The notes below the pieces were generated by a model. The model was given only the letters and a program-made list of their open reading frames with translations, made no database searches and had not been told where the DNA came from. This document shows, piece by piece, positions 49,287 to 58,414 of a DNA stretch of 64,000 bases. Numbering within the stretch: the first letter of the stretch is position 1; each line of letters begins with the position of its first letter. Made by a program: the position numbers and the translations under genes. The DNA is from an uncultured Clostridia bacterium (GTDB taxonomy: Bacteria > Bacillota > Clostridia > Christensenellales > CAG-138), in assembly GCA_946185305.1 (NCBI GenBank), contig CAMHJE010000003.1:10081-74080 (forward strand), in the 5' to 3' direction.

Positions 49287-52200
49287 GAACGATAACGATA
49301 ACGAGCTTAGGATTGCGATCCTGATGGCAGGGGAGGCGCAGGGCGGTGACCCCGACAACCCGGACGAGCCGTATGAGATTCATTCTTGGAGCGTGATCGG
49401 GGGCATTTGCGGCACGAATTGGGATTACGATTTCCCGATGACGGAGACCGAAGAGGGCTCCGGCGTTTGGGTTTCCGCTACGCTTGGGCTTTATGCGAAC
49501 GAGGAATTCAAAGTGCGTGCCAACGGCGATTGGGTGGTAAACTACGGACCGTTGCCCGAAGCCGGTCGGGATAACTGCTGGGTAGAGGAGGACGGCGTCT
49601 ATATCGTGCGGTTGGATCTGAACACAGAGACGCCCGTGCCGGTGGCAGAGAAGCAGGAGGGCGTCGAAGCGGAATACCCGCATAACTACGGCGACGAATC
49701 TTGGAGCGTGGCCGGAACGATCTGCGGCACAAATTGGGATGTCTATTTTCCGATGACGGAGACCGAGGAAGGCTCCGGTGTTTGGATGACAGAGCTGCTG
49801 ACGCTTAACGCCGGCGAAGAACTGAAGGCGTTCCGTTCCGAAAACCCGGAGGAAAGCTTCGGCATGACGATGCGCCGCTTGATGCGAAACGGCGACAGCC
49901 TGGTGGTTCCGGCAGACGGTGAATATGTTGTCACGATACAGATCTATGAAGGGACGATCACGCTGACAAACGCAGCGGGAGAAGTGGTTTTGCCGGTGCC
50001 GCTGGAGCCATCGGACGACCCGGACTTTATTGACTTCGGCGGCGGAGAGTTTCCGTATTTTCCGGAGGAGCAAGCGGACGAATATCCCGATGTTTCCGGC
50101 CTGACGGATGATCCGGATAAGCGCGTTTACCTGAATGAAGACAATTTCCCGGACAGGATGTTCCGAAACTGGTTGATTTCGGGGGACGAGCGCCCGGAAT
50201 ATACAACGGTGACGCAAGAGGACGGAACCGTTACGCGATATTACACCGACGGGCAGGCGAAATCGGTCACGCATTTGCATGTAGAAGGCCGGGAGATTGC
50301 AAGCCTTGCGGGCATTGCCTATTTTCCAAACCTCACGCACCTGTATTGCGGGCAGAGATGGGACGAGTTCGAAACGATCAGTAATTATCTGACGGAGCTG
50401 GATCTGTCGCACAATACGAAGCTCGTCTGCCTTTCCTTGGAGAACAACCTGCTGACAGCATTGGATGTTTCCATGCTCCCGGCGCTGAAATCGCTTGCCT
50501 GCGGGAACAACCCACGACTGACGGCGCTGACGGTCGGGAGTCATGCAAAGCTGCATTATCTGTCCTGCAAAAATGCTGCGCTTACTGCGCTGGATGTTTC
50601 GGGCTGCACGGGGCTGACAGAGCTGGATTGCTCTTTCAATCCGCTGCGCTCGCTGACGCTGACGCCCTCGATGGAGCAGCTGAACTGCAGCAGCTGCAGC
50701 TTGACAGAATTGGACGTTTCCGTGCTGCCGCAGCTGACATGGCTGGATTGTGCGCAGAATCAGCTGACGACATTGGATGTTTCCTCCAATGCTGCGTTAA
50801 AGACGCTCTGTGTCAACGGGAACGCCTTGACGGAAGTGAATCTTTCGCAGAACGAAAGCCTTGCGGTGCTGAACTGCTACGGCAACAAAATTCCGATCAC
50901 CGGGTATACGCTTCCCCCGCACGAGATCAGCGGCTATATCGAGGTGCAAGGCATCCGTGCGGAGCGGCAAAGCGACATGGATCTTTACACGGTTGCGTTG
51001 GATCAGCTTGCGCCGCTGCTGACGGAAGCGGATTATCCGCACCTGCGGCTTCGCCAAACGTCGGAAGCAGGGTATGATTTCGCCGCCGGCGGCAGCATCC
51101 TGCGGCTGATCCAGCTCCAAAGGGGCTGGCATTGGGTAGTGGATCTTGTGGTCGAGCGGGAAAACGGGACGACGTTCGTATTCGGCTTCCCGCCGGTTTA
51201 TGAGAACCCCGATATTCTTCCGACAGAGAGCGGAGAGGTGATTCCGATCGACGCCGAGCATTTCCCGGACGATGCGTTCCGCGCCTACCTTCTCAATGAA
51301 CTGACGGAGTATTACTATCCGGCGGACGAAACACACGCAACGCCGTACTTCACAACAGAAAGCGCGCTGCTGGTGGAGATGATCAATTGTGAGGGAATGG
51401 GCGTTCGCTCGCTGCAGGGCATTGAGATTTTCACCAATATCACAGCGCTTAAATGTGGCTCGAGCTATATAGAATATCCGGATCAAAAAACGTTTTGGGG
51501 ACAGAACGAACTGACGACGTTGGATGTGAGCATGTTCCCGCACCTGCAGCATCTTTCCTGCAACGGCAACAAGCTGACAGAGCTGGATGTTTCCCACAAT
51601 ACAGAGCTTGAGGATCTGATCACCTTCGATATGAAGACGCTGACCTCGCTGGATGTGACCAGGCTGCCGAAGCTTTCATTTTTGCAATGTCATAACAGCG
51701 GATTGACAAGCCTCGATCTGTCGAACAATCCGAATTTGACATACCTGGATTGTCAGCGGAACGAGCTGACCTCGCTTGCGGTGGCCGATAAGCCGGAGCT
51801 TTGGCATATCAGCTGCGAGTTGAACCGCTTGACTTCGCTGACGCTTCGCGGCTTGCCGTCGCTGACAGAGCTGAACTGCAGCGGCAACGCGCTCTGCATA
51901 CAGACGCTTGATCTGTCCGAATGTCCGGCGCTCGAAACGGCAAGCATCGGCATCGCCTGGAAGGAAGAAAACGGCAATTGGACTTCTTACCGCAACAGCA
52001 TCAATGTACTGGTGCTGGCGAATAATGCGAACCTGCGGAGACTGGATTGCGCGTATTGCGGCCTGGCCGATATTACGTATGACGCCTCCGCTGCACATGC
52101 GGCAAAGCAGAGCTTGCAGAGCGGAACGGTGATGCGGCTTTCCGCACGACGGGCGCCGGAAGCGGCAAAAACCGAAGCGCAGAACGCTGTATACATGCTG

Positions 52201-53184
52201 GAATCCTTGGATTGCAGTCATAATGATCTGTCCAGTCTGGATATGAGTCGGCTGACCATGCTGACGAATCTGGAATGCAGCGGCAATCCAAACATGCGGG
52301 CCCTCGATTTATCGGAAAACACGGCGCTGGTTGCGGTTCGACTGGATTCCGAAGCGGCTGCCAATACGGTGTTCGCAGACGGCGCTATGCCCTATACGAT
52401 TCACGCGATGGTATGGGAGCGGCATGCCGAATCGGGAGAGAAGGAGCTGGTGCAAAAGGCGATCGCCGTAAGCGCCGAGGAAGATCCGTTCTGGTGCCTG
52501 CAAACGTATGACAGCGCCGTGCTTGTGGATAACACCGGCGATAAGAAAACGGCCGTCGCCGCGTATTATAAGTTAACGGATACCATTCCGCAAAACATGC
52601 TGCCGGAAACGACACAAACGCTCTTTGCCGGCTGGTTTACGGATGCGGACTATGCAGAGTCCGGCAGAAATAACGACGGCGCGTATGCCAAGTTCGTTGA
52701 TGCGAACGTGCTGCGGGTCGGCGTGCAGTTCCGCAAGCCGTCGAGCTCCGGCGTGGAGGGAACGTCCGATATGCGGCTGATCACCTCGCTGCCGGGCAAG
52801 GACGGGGAGATGTACGGCACCATAGCGGCCGTGGGCTTCCGGCTGGAACGGCTCAACCCGGAGGACGGGAGCGCGATCCTGACGGTTGCAGACGTTGCGT
52901 TCAGCGAGGAGATCTATCCCTACGTGACCGGCAATACGGAGGACGGCACCAAGCAGGTGACGCCGGACGCGTTCTGCGCGGATTCCGTCAAGGTCGCGGC
53001 GCTGTCGGTGCGGAAGATGCCCAACTCGTTCTTCGATGAGGAGATTCCATTCCGCGTCACACCGTATATGGTACTGGAGGACGGAACGAAGGTGGAGGGC
53101 CGAGCGGTACAGTTTATGACCTGCTATGACGAAAAAGGCGTTTCCGCGATCAAGCCATTTGTTCCGACGAATCAAGGAGATTAA
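49258..53184 (+). CDS. Large LRR protein with two N-terminal SusE/F-like carbohydrate-binding modules; probably 5'-truncated
   Basis: Duplicated WSVxGxICGTNWD...PMTETEEGSGVW modules; two FPDxxFR-capped LRR blocks; no signal peptide; overlaps upstream HTH gene. Confidence 0.75.
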   Translation: MQLKVVSKDENDNDNELRIAILMAGEAQGGDPDNPDEPYEIHSWSVIGGICGTNWDYDFPMTETEEGSGVWVSATLGLYANEEFKVRANGDWVVNYGPLPEAGRDNCWVEEDGVYIVRLDLNTETPVPVAEKQEGVEAEYPHNYGDESWSVAGTICGTNWDVYFPMTETEEGSGVWMTELLTLNAGEELKAFRSENPEESFGMTMRRLMRNGDSLVVPADGEYVVTIQIYEGTITLTNAAGEVVLPVPLEPSDDPDFIDFGGGEFPYFPEEQADEYPDVSGLTDDPDKRVYLNEDNFPDRMFRNWLISGDERPEYTTVTQEDGTVTRYYTDGQAKSVTHLHVEGREIASLAGIAYFPNLTHLYCGQRWDEFETISNYLTELDLSHNTKLVCLSLENNLLTALDVSMLPALKSLACGNNPRLTALTVGSHAKLHYLSCKNAALTALDVSGCTGLTELDCSFNPLRSLTLTPSMEQLNCSSCSLTELDVSVLPQLTWLDCAQNQLTTLDVSSNAALKTLCVNGNALTEVNLSQNESLAVLNCYGNKIPITGYTLPPHEISGYIEVQGIRAERQSDMDLYTVALDQLAPLLTEADYPHLRLRQTSEAGYDFAAGGSILRLIQLQRGWHWVVDLVVERENGTTFVFGFPPVYENPDILPTESGEVIPIDAEHFPDDAFRAYLLNELTEYYYPADETHATPYFTTESALLVEMINCEGMGVRSLQGIEIFTNITALKCGSSYIEYPDQKTFWGQNELTTLDVSMFPHLQHLSCNGNKLTELDVSHNTELEDLITFDMKTLTSLDVTRLPKLSFLQCHNSGLTSLDLSNNPNLTYLDCQRNELTSLAVADKPELWHISCELNRLTSLTLRGLPSLTELNCSGNALCIQTLDLSECPALETASIGIAWKEENGNWTSYRNSINVLVLANNANLRRLDCAYCGLADITYDASAAHAAKQSLQSGTVMRLSARRAPEAAKTEAQNAVYMLESLDCSHNDLSSLDMSRLTMLTNLECSGNPNMRALDLSENTALVAVRLDSEAAANTVFADGAMPYTIHAMVWERHAESGEKELVQKAIAVSAEEDPFWCLQTYDSAVLVDNTGDKKTAVAAYYKLTDTIPQNMLPETTQTLFAGWFTDADYAESGRNNDGAYAKFVDANVLRVGVQFRKPSSSGVEGTSDMRLITSLPGKDGEMYGTIAAVGFRLERLNPEDGSAILTVADVAFSEEIYPYVTGNTEDGTKQVTPDAFCADSVKVAALSVRKMPNSFFDEEIPFRVTPYMVLEDGTKVEGRAVQFMTCYDEKGVSAIKPFVPTNQGD

Positions 53185-53198
53185 AAGAGGTGTTTGAA

Positions 53199-53321
53199 AT
53201 GAAGAAGCAGACATACGAAAAGCCGGTGACAGAGATCGTTTGGCTGGAGGGAGAGGATGTTATCACGGCATCCGGAGATCATATAACAGACGATGCAATT
53301 TGGGAAACCCCAAAGCCGTAA
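53199..53321 (+). CDS. 40-aa YxxP-leader peptide (not in ORF track)
   Basis: AGAGGTG RBS; MKKQTYEKPVTEIVWLEGEDVITASGDHITDDAIWETPKP; fills the gap between flanking genes. Confidence 0.8.
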   Translation: MKKQTYEKPVTEIVWLEGEDVITASGDHITDDAIWETPKP

Positions 53322-53331
53322 AGCAACAAAA

Positions 53332-53937
53332 ATGAACAGAACACAAATCCGCATTCTGCTGTTGCTCATCGCCGTTGCCGTCGTCTGCGCCGTCGTCTTC
53401 TGCACGGTTTGGCTGCTGCGCGGCGCCTGTCAAACGCAGCCCGAGGCAGCGTTGCAGCCGGAGCCAACGCAGGCAGCCCCGCAAAGCGACACGCCAACAG
53501 CGACCGCCACGGCTGTCGTGATCGAGCTTCCCGCTTCGGAAGCGCCTGCGACGCCGTCGGCAAGCGATATCGCAACGGAAAACATGGCAACCGAAACGCC
53601 GATGCCTACCGCCGCGCCAAAGGAACCGACGCCCGCGCCGACGGACGCGGCCCCGCCCGCACAGGGGACGAGTGCACCGAAACGGCCGACAGTCACACCC
53701 GAAAGCGCAACGCCCGCGCCGACGCCGACCGCCGTGCCGCCCGCAGCGGAGGAAACGGCACAACCGAGTTTCTCGCCGGATGTTGCGCCGACGGCGACAC
53801 CGAACCCGACAGAGCAGTCCTCAGCCGTGCCGACCCCGACCGCAACCCCGCAGCCGACCCCGATGGATGAGGCGTCGCCCACACCGGCAGCCACGCCTGC
53901 GGACGATGATGGATGGGGCGACGTTTTCTGGCCGTAA
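53332..53937 (+). CDS. N-anchored Pro/Thr/Ala-rich protein ending DDDGWGDVFWP
   Basis: N-terminal TM, low-complexity body, acidic-aromatic terminus. Confidence 0.7.
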   Translation: MNRTQIRILLLLIAVAVVCAVVFCTVWLLRGACQTQPEAALQPEPTQAAPQSDTPTATATAVVIELPASEAPATPSASDIATENMATETPMPTAAPKEPTPAPTDAAPPAQGTSAPKRPTVTPESATPAPTPTAVPPAAEETAQPSFSPDVAPTATPNPTEQSSAVPTPTATPQPTPMDEASPTPAATPADDDGWGDVFWP

Positions 53938-54004
53938 GGCGAATGGATCACAGCAACCGCCGCCGGCGCGGACTGTGACAGAAGTTAACATACCAAGCAT
54001 ACAT

Positions 54005-54045
54005 AAGCTGTCAAGGAACCCGCAAGGGCTTCTTGGCAGCTTTTT
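54005..54045 (+). terminator. Intrinsic terminator closing the island
   Basis: AAGCTGTCAAGGA...TTCTTGGCAGCTT-TTT. Confidence 0.7.
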
Positions 54046-54516
54046 GTATCGGAGAATGGAAAAGACAACGGAAACAATATAGGAAAAGATATAAAGACGG
54101 CAACTCCTCAAAAAGTTTACATTTCCCACGGAGAAGTGTTTTCAGGATATCCGTCAACAAAAATGTGTGTCGCTACAGCTCGATCCGTTTGGAGAGAGGA
54201 CAGTTTTGGAAAATGCGGTGATACGCCGTAAAGAAAGCGCGCATGGTGTTTTCTATGTCGCATGGCGACGGGAATACCGATATATGGCAGAATTTTCGGA
54301 AAAACAGAGACTTTTTCGGATAAACAGAGCGACAACTAACAGAACTTGAAAAGACAACCGGGAGGAAGAAACCGAGGAAGGCAAAGTTGCCGTACCGAGA
54401 AAAGCAAATCAGGACACTTTTACCGAAAGAAAAGAGAGCGGCGCGGGAGAAAAGGTACATGCGGGGAGGAGAGAAACGGGACAGGGGAAAGCCGTTGAAT
54501 TTGCCGCAATTGATGG

Positions 54517-54545
54517 GTGACAAAGCGGCAATTTGGGTGTATAAT
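54517..54545 (+). promoter_or_regulatory. Sigma-A promoter of dcw cluster
   Basis: GTGACA-N17-TATAAT; inverted repeat TTGCCGC...GCGGCAA brackets the -35. Confidence 0.6.
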
Positions 54546-54629
54546 GCCATACGTAATAATGTAGTCCTATACCCTTTTGGTTTGGTGCGCTCTTTTTTGG
54601 GCGGAGGGACGGCGGAAAGGAGCCTGCGG

Positions 54630-55574
54630 ATGGAGACGAACGCGTTTCATCATGTGCCGATCATGGTGCGCGAGGTGCTGTCTCTGCTCGCGCCGGAGCG
54701 CGGCGGCGTGTTCGTAGACGGCACGCTCGGCGGCGGCGGACATGCGGAAGCGGTGCTAAACGCGCTGCCGGAGGACGGGCGGCTTTTCGGCATCGACCGC
54801 GACGACGAAGCCCTTGCCGCGGCGGGCGCAAGGCTTGCGCCGTTCGGAGAGCGGTTCACCGCAATCAAAGGAAACTTTTTTGAGATGAAGCCGCTGCTTG
54901 CGGCAAAGGGCGTCGAGCGTGTCGATGGCATCCTGCTTGATCTCGGCGTTTCGTCGCATCAGCTGGACAAGGCCGAGCGCGGGTTTTCGTATAAGGCCGA
55001 AGCGCCGCTCGATATGCGCATGGATCAAACCGCGCCGCTCGACGCGTACACGGTCGTGAATACGTGGCCGAAGGACGAGCTGGTGCATATCTTTTATGAA
55101 TACGGCGAGGAACGCTTTTCGCAGCGCATTGCGGAGCGGATCGTTTCCGAGCGGCAACGGCACGCCATCGAAACGACGACCGAGCTGGCGGCGCTTGTGA
55201 AGGATGCAATCCCGGCCAAGTTCCGCAACGAGCCGCAGCATCCGGCGCGGCGTGTGTTTCAGGCGATCCGCATTGCGGTCAACGGCGAGCTGGACGGGCT
55301 TTCGGACGCGATCGACAGCGCGGCAAGCCTCTTAAACCCCGGCGGGCGGCTTGCAATCCTCACGTTCCATTCGCTCGAGGATCGCATTGTGAAAAACGCG
55401 TTCCGGCGGATGGAGAATCCTTGCACGTGCCCGAAATCTGCGCCGGTCTGCATCTGCGGCAAAAAGCCGACTGCGCGCGTGCTCACGCGGCATCCGCTGA
55501 CGGCGGACGAGAACGAGCAAACGGAAAACACGCGGTCCACCTGCGCCAAGCTTCGGGCGATCGAAAAGCTCTGA
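54630..55574 (+). CDS. rsmH: 16S rRNA m4C1402 methyltransferase
   Basis: HVPIM, DGTLGGGGHA, DLGVSSHQLD, PLDMRMD, FHSLEDRIVK. Confidence 0.97.
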   Translation: METNAFHHVPIMVREVLSLLAPERGGVFVDGTLGGGGHAEAVLNALPEDGRLFGIDRDDEALAAAGARLAPFGERFTAIKGNFFEMKPLLAAKGVERVDGILLDLGVSSHQLDKAERGFSYKAEAPLDMRMDQTAPLDAYTVVNTWPKDELVHIFYEYGEERFSQRIAERIVSERQRHAIETTTELAALVKDAIPAKFRNEPQHPARRVFQAIRIAVNGELDGLSDAIDSAASLLNPGGRLAILTFHSLEDRIVKNAFRRMENPCTCPKSAPVCICGKKPTARVLTRHPLTADENEQTENTRSTCAKLRAIEKL

Positions 55575-55669
55575 GCATATCGGCGGCGGCCGCAGAATAG
55601 GATGGGGGAAGAAGGACCCCCTTGGCATTTCCTTCCTAATGAATAAGCCTCACGGCGGAAAGGAGCAGC

Positions 55670-56077
55670 ATGGAGCGTCCATACGGCAGCGAAAAAACCA
55701 AAATGACCGCGTCGGGCATGCGGCTGTATCGCCCGACACAGCCGACCTCGTCCAAGGAAGTGAAACGAAACCGTCGCCGCGCCGCGCGGGAAGCGCGTAT
55801 GCAGTCCGAGCTGCGCTTTTCCACGCTGTCCAAGGTGATGATTCTCGTCTCGGTGTTCCTTGTGGCGCTGACGGCGCTCCTGTCGCTGTTCGGCGCGGCG
55901 GAATACGCGCAGATCTCGACGGACATTGCGACGATTGACGCAGACATCGAATCGTATCAGCAGATGATTTCGCAGGTCAAGAAAACGCAGAGCTCGATGA
56001 ACGACTATGCCTCGATCACCGATGCGTGTCTCGATCGCGGGATGCAGATGATCTGGGAGCCGGGAAACACACAGTAA
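55670..56077 (+). CDS. FtsL-like cell division protein
   Basis: Between rsmH and PBP; basic N-terminus, TM, coiled coil; AAGGAG RBS. Confidence 0.65.
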   Translation: MERPYGSEKTKMTASGMRLYRPTQPTSSKEVKRNRRRAAREARMQSELRFSTLSKVMILVSVFLVALTALLSLFGAAEYAQISTDIATIDADIESYQQMISQVKKTQSSMNDYASITDACLDRGMQMIWEPGNTQ

Positions 56078-56131
56078 CCAACGGGACAAAACGGTACAGC
56101 ACAGGACAAATTTTTCAGAAAGGACGGCGGC

Positions 56132-58375
56132 ATGGCAAAGCGGACGATTTGGGAATCCATTCGCGGGTTCCTGACGGGACAAACGAACGGCAATACGGCT
56201 GCGGCGGCGAAGGGCAAACTGGCGTTTGCACTTGCGGCGGCGATGCTGGCTTTTTTGATGCTCGTGATCCAGCTTTTTTCCGTGTCCGTCTTAAAAGGCA
56301 AGGAGTGGACTGAAAAGGCCATGCGCCAATGGTCGCGCACGACCTATATCAAGGCCGACCGCGGGCAGATCACCGACCGCGACGGCACCGTGCTCGCCTC
56401 GTCCTATACGACGTATCAGGTCTGCGTCAATCCGCAGAACATTCAGGTGGACGACCGCGAGCGTATCGCAAACATCCTGTCCACCTATCTCGACATGGAC
56501 TATGACGCGGTTCTAGCCAAGATGAGCAAAACGCGCATCAAGCGCGGCACCGAAAACGACGAAAACCCGGAGCGTATTCTGCTGTCGCAGGTCAAGATCA
56601 AGGATCAGGTCGATAAGGAAGTCATTTCACAGCTGAACGCTATGCAGCTCGGCACCGGCGTGAGCTATTATGCCGACGTAAAGCGCGACTATCCGGAAAG
56701 CGGCTACTATGCACAGCTTTTGGGCTTTACGAACGTGGACGGCGACGGGCAGACCGGCATCGAGCTGACCTACAATAAATATCTGGCGGGCTCGGACGGC
56801 TACATCAAGACCGATACCGACCGTGACAACAACCCCGTCCCCGGCGGCGAGGAGGAATACATCCTGCCCGTTTCCGGCGGCAACGTAACGCTGACGACAA
56901 ATACCGGCTTGCAGGCGATCCTCGAAAACGCGCTGCAGGAGGCCTGCACGGTCAACAACGCCGCCACCGCTTACGGCATTCTGATGAGCCCCAAGACCGG
57001 CGAGATCTATGCCGAGGGCAGCTATCCGACGTTCGATTCCTCGGCGCCGCCGCGCTCCGACGCGAAGCTGCTGCTGGAGCTGTCGAAAAACCGCATCGTG
57101 ACCGATACCTATGAGCCCGGCTCGACGTTCAAGGTCATTACGCTGGCGTCGGCGCTCGATACCGGCGCGGTCACGGTCAACACGACGTTCAACTGCAAGG
57201 GCAGCCTGCTTGTCAAGGGCGAGCGGATCAAGTGCTGGCGCTCGGCCGGGCACGGCACGCAATCCTTGGGCGACGCGGTCGCCAATTCATGCAACCCGGC
57301 GTTTATGTCGATGGCGCTGCGCATGGGTCTGGATACCTTTTACGGGAAGATTTATGAGTTCGGCTTCAACGATGTGACCGGCAGCGGGATCATGGGCGAG
57401 ACGAGCGGTACGGTCACGCATAAGAAATATGTGCGCGACGCCGACCTTGCGCGCATCGGCTTCGGCCAAAGCATTTCGTGTACCGGCATGCAGCTGGCGA
57501 CCGCGTTCACCGCGGCGATCAACGGCGGCGAGCTGATCAAGCCGTATATCGTGGCGGAGATCACCGACAACGACGGCAACGTGCTGCTGAAGAACGAACG
57601 CACCGTCGTGCGGCGCGTGGTTTCCGGGGAGACGAGCGCCATCGTGCGCGAGCTCCTGCGGGGCGTCGTCGAAAACGGCAGCGGCAAGAACGCGCAGGTT
57701 TACGGCTACACGGTCGGCGGCAAAACCGGCACGTCGCAAAAATACAACGAGGACGGCACGGTGTCCAATACGCGCCTGATCGCCTCGTTCATCGGCTTCG
57801 CACCGGTATCCGATCCGCAGTTCGTCTGTCTGATCGTCGTTGACGAGCCGCAGGTACCGTCGGTGTACGGCAGTACCGTCGCCGCGCCGTTTGTGCAGCA
57901 GGTTCTGGCTTCGTCGCTGTCGCTGATGGGCGTTGCGCCGGACACCGTGAATACCTCGGCTACAGTGCCGAACGTGACCGGCATGACCGTCGAGGAGGCC
58001 GTGCAGGCGCTCCGGGAAAGCGGCCTAACCGCCACGTATATTGAAACGGAGGCGCAGTCGGTCGTGACCGCGCAGGTGCCGCGCAGCAACGTGACGGTCG
58101 TGCGCGGCAGCAACGTGATTCTGTATTCGAACGGCTACAGCTTCTTCAATTACGACACCGAGGAAGCGGCGGAGACCGTCGAGGTGCCCGACGTGGTCGG
58201 CAACGGGCAGCAGAACGACCGCATCATGGCGCGGGATAAGCTCGAAAAGGTCGGCCTTGTCATGGATTATGACGCGACGCATTGCATCGGCTTTGCCGTT
58301 TCGCAATCCTACGCGCCCGGCACGACCGTTCCGGTCGGAACCGTTGTGCATGTGGAATTTGCGCCCAAGGAATGA
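56132..58375 (+). CDS. Class B PBP with PASTA domains (SpoVD/FtsI family)
   Basis: RGQITDRDG, EPGSTFK, SCN, KTGT. Confidence 0.93.
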   Translation: MAKRTIWESIRGFLTGQTNGNTAAAAKGKLAFALAAAMLAFLMLVIQLFSVSVLKGKEWTEKAMRQWSRTTYIKADRGQITDRDGTVLASSYTTYQVCVNPQNIQVDDRERIANILSTYLDMDYDAVLAKMSKTRIKRGTENDENPERILLSQVKIKDQVDKEVISQLNAMQLGTGVSYYADVKRDYPESGYYAQLLGFTNVDGDGQTGIELTYNKYLAGSDGYIKTDTDRDNNPVPGGEEEYILPVSGGNVTLTTNTGLQAILENALQEACTVNNAATAYGILMSPKTGEIYAEGSYPTFDSSAPPRSDAKLLLELSKNRIVTDTYEPGSTFKVITLASALDTGAVTVNTTFNCKGSLLVKGERIKCWRSAGHGTQSLGDAVANSCNPAFMSMALRMGLDTFYGKIYEFGFNDVTGSGIMGETSGTVTHKKYVRDADLARIGFGQSISCTGMQLATAFTAAINGGELIKPYIVAEITDNDGNVLLKNERTVVRRVVSGETSAIVRELLRGVVENGSGKNAQVYGYTVGGKTGTSQKYNEDGTVSNTRLIASFIGFAPVSDPQFVCLIVVDEPQVPSVYGSTVAAPFVQQVLASSLSLMGVAPDTVNTSATVPNVTGMTVEEAVQALRESGLTATYIETEAQSVVTAQVPRSNVTVVRGSNVILYSNGYSFFNYDTEEAAETVEVPDVVGNGQQNDRIMARDKLEKVGLVMDYDATHCIGFAVSQSYAPGTTVPVGTVVHVEFAPKE

Positions 58376-58414
58376 ACCCTGATTTTGTATCCACAGGAAG
58401 GAAAAAGACTCCGT

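Noticed and set aside
58387-58395. Single DnaA box GTATCCACA before murE
   Set aside because: Isolated one-mismatch box, expected by chance.
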